Program-made: the position numbers and the translations under genes
The notes under the pieces: generated by a model
The model's database searches: none
Seen by the model: the letters and a program-made list of their open reading frames with translations, nothing else
What the model was told of the DNA's origin: nothing
Shown here: piece after piece, positions 26,413 to 32,057 of the stretch
Position numbering within the stretch: the stretch's first letter is position 1
Layout of the letters: each line of letters opens with the position of its first letter
Source: Bacteroidota bacterium
GTDB taxonomy: Bacteria > Bacteroidota > Ignavibacteria > Kapaibacteriales > UBA2268
Assembly (NCBI GenBank): GCA_041666585.1
Contig: JBAYGQ010000001.1
Span: forward strand, 1-32,057
Length of the DNA stretch: 32,057 nt
Direction: 5' to 3'

Positions 26413-27507
26413 TTAGTTAATAAAACTCGAGATACATTGATAAAATTCTGAATAATCGGATTTATACTCGTCTACATTATAATCTAATATTTTATTCATT
26501 CTTAAATTATTATCAGGCAATACTAATGCGAGGTCTTTTGTAGTTCTCTTTTTATCGTACATCATTTTTCTTAATATCCCGTCTCTATTAAAATAATCTT
26601 TTTTTATTTTAAGGATTTTAAAGGGAATTCCGGGAAATAATATTTTTTTATTAATATAATTAAATATATTTTTGTTCAACCATCCTTTTCTGAAAGAAAC
26701 TAAATTTGAGAATATAATTCCGAAAATAATAGCAGTTCCGTGAGGAATATTATAATCACTATATGATTCCAATGCATGACCGAAACAATGTCCATAGTTA
26801 AGAAGATTTCTCTTTCCATAATCCTTCTCATCACCAATCATGTAATCTAATTTTATTTTCATTGATTCCTTTATTATATTAATAAGAATTTCATTATCTC
26901 TGCAACTTATTAACTTGTTAAGCTTGGTATGAATTTGTTCCAACTTATTCATTGAATTTTTATCCATAAGTAGTAATTTAATTATCTCTCCCAAACCGCT
27001 ATAGTAATCTATTTCTTTCAAAGTTTTTAGAAATGAGACGTCTATGATAATATCTTCAGGAGAGTAAAATGTTCCCAGAACGTTCTTGTAGGATTTAAAA
27101 TTGAGCGATGTTTTTAACCCTATGGCACTATCTGCCTGTGAAAGCAAAGTAGTTGGAATATATATCCAACGAATACCTCTATATAATGTTGATGCTGTAA
27201 ATCCTACAACATCTTGATTGATACCTCCACCGAAAGAAATTACCTTCAAATTTTTTTTAGCGGAGAATTTAAGCAGTTTATTAGCCAAATGGGATACGGT
27301 GGAAAAGTTTTTTGTTTTTTCGTCTAGAGTAAGAATAATTATGTGCTTCTTCGAAAAACCATTAAAAATATTATTTTTATATAATTTATATACGTTTCTC
27401 CCTACAACAATTATCGAATTTTGATTATTCGCCCAGAGTTCTTTGATGAAATCTAAATTTTCAGAAAATTTAACATTTATGTTGCCAATTTTGGTTCTTA
27501 TTAACAT
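26413..27507 (-). CDS. 3-dehydroquinate synthase-like sugar-phosphate cyclase superfamily protein (divergent)
   Basis: 364 aa. FGGGINQDVVGFTASTLYRGIRWIYIPTTLLSQADSAIGLKTSLNF..YKNVLGTFYSP, GLGEIIKLLL, GKRNLLNYGHCFGHALE, IPHGTAIIFGI. NAD-binding and Glu/His/His metal motifs are present. GGK->GLK and HGEAV->HGTAI deviate from housekeeping AroB. Confidence 0.8.
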   Translation of the reverse strand: MLIRTKIGNINVKFSENLDFIKELWANNQNSIIVVGRNVYKLYKNNIFNGFSKKHIIILTLDEKTKNFSTVSHLANKLLKFSAKKNLKVISFGGGINQDVVGFTASTLYRGIRWIYIPTTLLSQADSAIGLKTSLNFKSYKNVLGTFYSPEDIIIDVSFLKTLKEIDYYSGLGEIIKLLLMDKNSMNKLEQIHTKLNKLISCRDNEILINIIKESMKIKLDYMIGDEKDYGKRNLLNYGHCFGHALESYSDYNIPHGTAIIFGIIFSNLVSFRKGWLNKNIFNYINKKILFPGIPFKILKIKKDYFNRDGILRKMMYDKKRTTKDLALVLPDNNLRMNKILDYNVDEYKSDYSEFYQCISSFIN

Positions 27508-27514
27508 ACATTTT

Positions 27515-28183
27515 TTACTGACAAGTAAAACCTCCGTCTACAATGATATTTGCACCGTTTATATAAGTATTTTTATCCGAAATTAAAAAACACACGACCT
27601 CAGCAATTTCATGAGGTGCCGCGAATCTCCCCATTGGAATACCTTGAGCAAGTAAAGCATTTTTTTGATCGCTATTTTTCCTTGTCAAATCCGTATCGGT
27701 AAATCCAGGTGAAACGGAATTAACCAATATATTATACGGACCGAGCTCTAAGGCTAAAGCTTTTGTAACACCATTAATACCGTGTTTTGTTGCAGTATAT
27801 AAAACCTGTTTTTTTCTCGCTACCAACCCAAAAATTGAGCTTATATTAACGATACGTCCCCACTTTTGTTTTTTCATTGTACTGATTAAACCTCCAATAA
27901 GGATAATTGGAGCGATTAGATTTGTTTCAAAATGTTTATAGCAATTTTCTATATCAATTTCATCGACAAATTGAGGTATATTTATTCCCGCGTTATTTAT
28001 AATAGCGTCAATATGCAGGTTTTTATTTCTTTGAATATACTGCTGGACTGAGCGTCTATCCGAAAGATCAAGTTCTTGTCGTCTCGGCGAAATAACGTAA
28101 TACTTTTCGTTTTTTAATTTATCACATACCTCTTTTCCTATCCCTCTGGATGCACCGGTTAGTAAAATTGTTCTATTATTCAT
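27515..28183 (-). CDS. Classical short-chain dehydrogenase/reductase (FabG-like ketoreductase)
   Basis: 222 aa. LLTGASRGIGKEV, NNAGIN, YTATKHG (YxxxK), IVDGGFTCQ. Confidence 0.85.
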   Translation of the reverse strand: MNNRTILLTGASRGIGKEVCDKLKNEKYYVISPRRQELDLSDRRSVQQYIQRNKNLHIDAIINNAGINIPQFVDEIDIENCYKHFETNLIAPIILIGGLISTMKKQKWGRIVNISSIFGLVARKKQVLYTATKHGINGVTKALALELGPYNILVNSVSPGFTDTDLTRKNSDQKNALLAQGIPMGRFAAPHEIAEVVCFLISDKNTYINGANIIVDGGFTCQ

Positions 28184-28192
28184 TTTACGATT

Positions 28193-29101
28193 TTAAATTT
28201 TAATTAAATTTATATAAGGATCTTTAATAATCTTATCTTTATCTAAGCTTGATATATTTTCTAAGTACCATTGATAAAGCAACCTAATCCCCTTTTCGAT
28301 ACTAGTGAATTTGAAATTCGGTAATTCGTTTTTTAACCTACTATTATCTGTAGTGTATTCCTTATTTAAATTTTTATTTCTTATAATTATTTCTGATTTA
28401 TGGCGGCTGATTTTATTTATTATCTTCGATATCGACAGCAAGTCAATTTTTTGGCCTGTCCCGATATTATATATGTTATGTTCAGTAGAACGATTGATAA
28501 AATAATCAACAATTGTAACCAGATCATCAGCATATAAATAATCAAAGTATACGTTCTGCACAATTTCGATCGGCAATTTATATATATTTTTTACTATTGC
28601 GTTGGAAATAAACTTAAATAAATAATTTTCATATTTACCATACACTCCAAACAATCTTAAACAAACAATCTTACTAGAATTACAAATATATTTTGAACAC
28701 ACATACTTATAAAATCCATACTCGTCACCGGGCACAGATCCATCGAAATCTTCCTCTTTTATTCTAACAATTGGATTCCTTTTGTCATATTCCGCACCTG
28801 AACCGAAAGTGATAATTTTATTTACACAATTTGAGCATCTTACTATGTTAAAAAATATCCGAAGATTAGTTTCTAATACTTTATTAAGGTTTAAAGTATC
28901 TCTTCCTCCACCCCTATTTGCACAATGAATGATAATTTCGATATTATTGTCTTTAATGTAATTTTCAACTTTTGCGGTATCTAACAAATCAAGCTCATCA
29001 TGCGTTGGGGAAAAAAGATTATACTTTTTTTCGAAATGTTCACATAAATTTCTTCCTATAAAACCTGAGGCACCGGTAATAAATATTTTTCTTTTACTCA
29101 T
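28193..29101 (-). CDS. Extended-SDR NAD-dependent NDP-sugar epimerase/reductase
   Basis: 302 aa. IFITGASGFIGRNL, HCANRGG, YKYVCSK (YxxxK). Confidence 0.8.
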   Translation of the reverse strand: MSKRKIFITGASGFIGRNLCEHFEKKYNLFSPTHDELDLLDTAKVENYIKDNNIEIIIHCANRGGGRDTLNLNKVLETNLRIFFNIVRCSNCVNKIITFGSGAEYDKRNPIVRIKEEDFDGSVPGDEYGFYKYVCSKYICNSSKIVCLRLFGVYGKYENYLFKFISNAIVKNIYKLPIEIVQNVYFDYLYADDLVTIVDYFINRSTEHNIYNIGTGQKIDLLSISKIINKISRHKSEIIIRNKNLNKEYTTDNSRLKNELPNFKFTSIEKGIRLLYQWYLENISSLDKDKIIKDPYINLIKI

Positions 29102-29731
29102 TTATCGGATCCTCGCAAAGATTAAAGTCTCAGTTTTAAATAATGAAGTAATTTTTGTGATTTTTGTATACCCGGCTAAATTTTGAACTTTCTCAATTTC
29201 AAAATGTTTGTTTATTACATTTATGAACTTATTTACCGTCCAATTATGTACGTGTGTTTTATCAAAAAATGATTTTCGTTGCAACAACATATTGATAATA
29301 TTTAGTAAATAATACTGTCTATATAATGAAAAGATTAGCACTCCACTCTTTTTTATTATAGATGGAATTACTTTATCCAGGAATTTCTCTCTATCCGAAT
29401 CTTTCATATGTTCGAGCATATTCAAACAGACGATAGCGTCTGCTTTTTTCAATTTCAATTTTCTTAAAGATATATCGGTTGCGTCTATGTTATAAAATCT
29501 ATTACTTTTATATTTATTTTTTGCATATTTTATAGCTTCAGAATTTATATCATACCCAACTGCCCCGAGAAAATTGGTGATATACCCCGTCCCGCAGCCA
29601 ATGTCATATATCAAAGGATTATCGAATCTGGATAAGACCTGATACTTGATCTGACGATACAATTCAACGTTATTCAAGTGTGAACTATTTTGAAGCGTGT
29701 AATATGATGTTTCCTTTCTCACTTTTTCCAT
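29102..29731 (-). CDS. Class I SAM-dependent methyltransferase
   Basis: 209 aa. IYDIGCGTGYI motif I, GYDINSEAI, IVCLNMLEHMKD. It overlaps the upstream gene by 13 nt. Confidence 0.8.
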   Translation of the reverse strand: MEKVRKETSYYTLQNSSHLNNVELYRQIKYQVLSRFDNPLIYDIGCGTGYITNFLGAVGYDINSEAIKYAKNKYKSNRFYNIDATDISLRKLKLKKADAIVCLNMLEHMKDSDREKFLDKVIPSIIKKSGVLIFSLYRQYYLLNIINMLLQRKSFFDKTHVHNWTVNKFINVINKHFEIEKVQNLAGYTKITKITSLFKTETLIFARIR

Positions 29732-31563
29732 AATGGAATTAACATATTTTTTACTAATTCATCTTTAGGAAGAAAAGGTGACATATCTTCAAGTGGAGGG
29801 GATGTAAAATTTCCCTCTGCGTCCTTTTTTGCGACTAATTTTGGATTGACAATCATTTCTTTAATCATATTAATATCGCATACGATCGGACCAGGATAAT
29901 TTAACACATATTTGATTTTATTACGCATTTCAGCGTGATTATGAACTCTTACCGCCTTTATTCCATAGGCTTCTGCAATTTTTACATAATCGGGACAACT
30001 CACTCCTGATTTTGGATCTGATGCCGTGTGCATTCCGCTGAATAAATTATTCTGCGTATTTCTTATAGATAAATATCCATCATTACTATAGACAAATAAT
30101 TTAATCGGGAGTTTATAATGCTTTATTACCTGCAACTCATGAATATTAAGTTGAAGACTACCATCTCCTTCAAAACATAGTACTCTTCTGCCTCGATCTG
30201 CAAACGCCGCACCTATTGCGGCAGGCAATCCATACCCCATCTGTGAACATCCATTATTCAAAATAACTCGCTGACCATTTTTAATATATAAGGCTTGATA
30301 AGAACAATTTAACGGCCCTGTTCCGTTAGATACGACTATTATCTCGTCATTTTCAATTAGCTTTCCTAGTGTGTCTATCATGCAATATGGATTGACGAAT
30401 TTCTTTTCGCTCCAATATTCCTTTAATACTATCGGATACTTTGAATTCATATTCTTACAATAATCTAACCAATATGAGATATCCAAATTTAATTTTATTT
30501 TTGATAGCTGATGTGTCATTTCTGAAATAAATTGTTTTGCATCGTAATTTACGGGTAAATCCGTTTTAATAAATGGTTTTTTCAACTCACTTCGGTCAAT
30601 ATCAACGGTTACTTTATATGCGTCACGTGCAAATGATTTATAGGAAAAACCTATGGTTCTTATATCCAATCTAGCGCCAATTGAAATCAATAGATCGCAG
30701 TTTTGGATGATGAAATTAGCTGCTCTTTGACCAAGAGTGTGTGCTCGGCCAAAATACTGCGGATGTGAAGAAGGAATAATATCATAACCGGCATAACTGC
30801 TTAGAACGGGAATTTTCATTAAACTTATGAGATTTAGGAATTCTTTCACTGCACCGCTCAAACGAATTCCGTTACCTGCATATATTACCGGTCTTTTCGA
30901 TGATTTTAACTTTGTTAATATTTGTAAAACAATCTCAGTTAATTTTTTTGGGTTTTTCTCAAATGGGATTGTAACCTCAGACTCCTTGAATCTCCTAAGT
31001 TTGTTCCTATCAACATGAACCCCTTGAACGTCTATCGGAATATCTAACCAAACGGGTCCCTGTCTACCGGATTTTGCTAAAAAGAGCGCTTTTTCAAGGT
31101 GATACCGAACATCATTCGGATTCATAATCGTAACCGCATATTTTGTCACCGGTTTTACCATATCAATGATATTAATTTCCTGGTCACCTAGTTGCCTATA
31201 TCCCCTTCCAGCTCCAATAGTTTCTCTCTTAACCTGACCGGATATAACAAGCATAGGGATGGAATCAAGCCACGCCCCTACAACACCTGTAATAGCATTC
31301 GTACCACCAGGTCCGGTTGTTACTAAACAAACGCCAATATCTTCCGAAATCCTCGAATATGCCTCGGCAGCGATGGCACACGCCTGTTCATGATGATTAC
31401 AAACGTAATGAATTTTCTTACTTTTGCCTACAGAGTCAATTAAGTGAATATTTCCCCCACCCGAAATAAGAAATATATGCCTCACGTTAATTTCTTCTAA
31501 AAAGGAAATAATATAATCTGAGATTTTTACAACTTGTGGCTTATTGCCGATTACTTTTCGCAT
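29719..31563 (-). CDS. Thiamine-diphosphate-dependent enzyme of the acetolactate-synthase large-subunit family, YerE-like candidate
   Basis: Three-domain layout: N-terminal ISDYIISFLEEINVRHIFLISGGGNIHLIDS...VTTGPGGTNA, then the C-terminal ThDP motif GDGSLQLNIHELQ...VYSNDGY. Start placed at ATG 31563. The ORF-track start at 31569 is a TTG. Confidence 0.85.
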   Translation of the reverse strand: MRKVIGNKPQVVKISDYIISFLEEINVRHIFLISGGGNIHLIDSVGKSKKIHYVCNHHEQACAIAAEAYSRISEDIGVCLVTTGPGGTNAITGVVGAWLDSIPMLVISGQVKRETIGAGRGYRQLGDQEINIIDMVKPVTKYAVTIMNPNDVRYHLEKALFLAKSGRQGPVWLDIPIDVQGVHVDRNKLRRFKESEVTIPFEKNPKKLTEIVLQILTKLKSSKRPVIYAGNGIRLSGAVKEFLNLISLMKIPVLSSYAGYDIIPSSHPQYFGRAHTLGQRAANFIIQNCDLLISIGARLDIRTIGFSYKSFARDAYKVTVDIDRSELKKPFIKTDLPVNYDAKQFISEMTHQLSKIKLNLDISYWLDYCKNMNSKYPIVLKEYWSEKKFVNPYCMIDTLGKLIENDEIIVVSNGTGPLNCSYQALYIKNGQRVILNNGCSQMGYGLPAAIGAAFADRGRRVLCFEGDGSLQLNIHELQVIKHYKLPIKLFVYSNDGYLSIRNTQNNLFSGMHTASDPKSGVSCPDYVKIAEAYGIKAVRVHNHAEMRNKIKYVLNYPGPIVCDINMIKEMIVNPKLVAKKDAEGNFTSPPLEDMSPFLPKDELVKNMLIPLWKK

Positions 31564-31568
31564 ATTCA

Positions 31569-31582
31569 AGTATTATAATACT
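31569..31582. promoter_or_regulatory. Perfect 14-bp palindrome AGTATTATAATACT carrying a TATAAT on each strand, in a 30-bp divergent intergenic region
   Basis: TATAAT at 31574-31579 on the + strand, 14 nt before the rfbH ATG. TATAAT on the - strand at 31577..31572, 8 nt before ATG 31563. Neither start codon has a Shine-Dalgarno sequence. Confidence 0.35.
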
Positions 31583-31593
31583 CACTACTAATT

Positions 31594-32057
31594 ATGAATA
31601 CTAACCCTTCCCCTGGCCCTAAGTATATTCCCGCAAGCGGAAAAGTCTATAATCGGGAAGAAATTAATAATGCCATTGATGCAGTAAAAGATGGATGGTG
31701 GACCGAAGGCAGATTTGCAAAACAGTTTGAAAAAGACTTCAGTAACTATTTAGGACTAAAGTATGTGTCACTAGTTAATTCGGGTTCCTCTGCAAATCTA
31801 TTAGCGGTAGCGTCACTCTCCTCTCAAGTATTCGGAGAAAGAAGGTTGAAACCAGGCGACGAATTTATTACCAGTCCCGTAGCATTTCCAACCACCGTTA
31901 ATCCCGGATTAATCTATCAACTTAAACCTGTATTCGTTGATATTAAGTTAAATACACTCAATATCGATGCGTCTAAAATTGAAAAGGCGATCACTAAAAA
32001 AACAAAATTGATAATAATTGCGCATACCCTTGGTATACCCTTTGACTTAAAAACGAT
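31594..32057 (+). CDS. rfbH: CDP-6-deoxy-4-hexulose 3-dehydrase (E1; RfbH/DdhC), N-terminal part only
   Basis: Own translation: MNTNPSPGPKYIPASGKVYNREEINNAIDAVKDGWWTEGRFAKQFEKDFSNYLG...NSGSSANLLAVASLSS..FGERRLKPGDEFITSPVAFPTTVNPG...IIAHTLGIPFDL. The pattern is RfbH-type within the DegT family. It is open at the window end, so it is missing from the ORF track. Confidence 0.85.
   Translation, partial: MNTNPSPGPKYIPASGKVYNREEINNAIDAVKDGWWTEGRFAKQFEKDFSNYLGLKYVSLVNSGSSANLLAVASLSSQVFGERRLKPGDEFITSPVAFPTTVNPGLIYQLKPVFVDIKLNTLNIDASKIEKAITKKTKLIIIAHTLGIPFDLKT

Noticed and set aside
26413-27507. The DHQS-like gene read as housekeeping aroB.
   Set aside because: No other shikimate genes are present, it lies within a glycan operon, and it deviates from near-invariant AroB motifs. 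This cannot be fully excluded without the rest of the genome, so it is kept as a finding with an explicit refutation test.
375-31018. About 30 short ORFs of 60-129 aa in the track lie antisense to, or out of frame within, the large genes (for example 375-563, 1454-1843, 2165-2371, 5338-5595, 8020-8322, 12779-13015, 16151-16348, 23215-23526, 30827-31018).
   Set aside because: All are fully embedded in longer ORFs with clear family motifs. Their translations are low-complexity (F/I/L/S-rich) and show no motifs. Such shadow ORFs are expected in AT-rich DNA, where stop codons are depleted opposite real genes.
29719-31569. The ThDP enzyme read as acetolactate synthase IlvB.
   Set aside because: No ilvN/ilvC/ilvD neighbours are present, and it is divergently paired with the E1 dehydrase of a CDP-sugar pathway. 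The YerE-like interpretation is favoured but unproven.
1-32057. Mobile elements, CRISPR arrays, toxin-antitoxin or phage-defence genes, and tRNA/rRNA.
   Set aside because: I found no transposase, integrase or recombinase motifs and no regularly spaced direct repeats. Every large ORF is accounted for by glycan biosynthesis or export functions. Non-coding space is under about 500 nt in total.

Overview
This window is an AT-rich, almost fully coding surface-glycan biosynthesis and export locus of 31 CDS, two of them cut by the window edges. By eye G+C is around 30%; this was not computed. I saw no rRNA, tRNA, CRISPR array, transposase or integrase. TGA is used as a stop codon, so the genetic code looks standard. 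Block A (1-22837) holds 21 co-directional minus-strand genes. Ten junctions there are 4-nt ATGA/GTGA start/stop overlaps. Block A encodes: (i) a WbuX/PseA-like N-acetyl-sugar amidotransferase with HisH/HisF paralogues, the triad associated with acetamidino sugars; (ii) a legionaminic-acid-type nonulosonic acid (NulO) pathway: 4,6-dehydratase, DegT aminotransferase, hexapeptide N-acetyltransferase, hydrolysing 2-epimerase, NeuB-type synthase and cytidylyltransferase; (iii) an extra SDR, a Gfo/Idh/MocA oxidoreductase and a second cytidylyltransferase; (iv) a Wzm/Wzt ABC exporter whose ATPase has a C-terminal extension; (v) two GT4 glycosyltransferases, an AsnB-like amidotransferase and a SAM methyltransferase; (vi) three large polytopic membrane proteins that look like GT-C-fold glycosyltransferases. 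Block B (22894-32057) is a CDP-3,6-dideoxyhexose pathway (rfbF, rfbG-like, rfbH). Its usual contiguity is broken by an oppositely oriented 7-gene operon. That operon encodes a GtrB-like polyprenol-phosphate glycosyltransferase, an HpcH/HpaI-family aldolase, a divergent 3-dehydroquinate-synthase-like enzyme, an SDR, an extended-SDR epimerase/reductase, a methyltransferase and a YerE-like thiamine-diphosphate enzyme. The points most worth follow-up are the aldolase plus DHQS-like pair, which has no established role in glycan loci, the YerE-like branched-chain sugar module, the accessory redox genes and duplicated cytidylyltransferase in the NulO cassette, and the three GT-C-like proteins with a lipid-sugar donor synthase but no visible flippase. 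All functional calls rest on motifs read from the translations. No database search was run.
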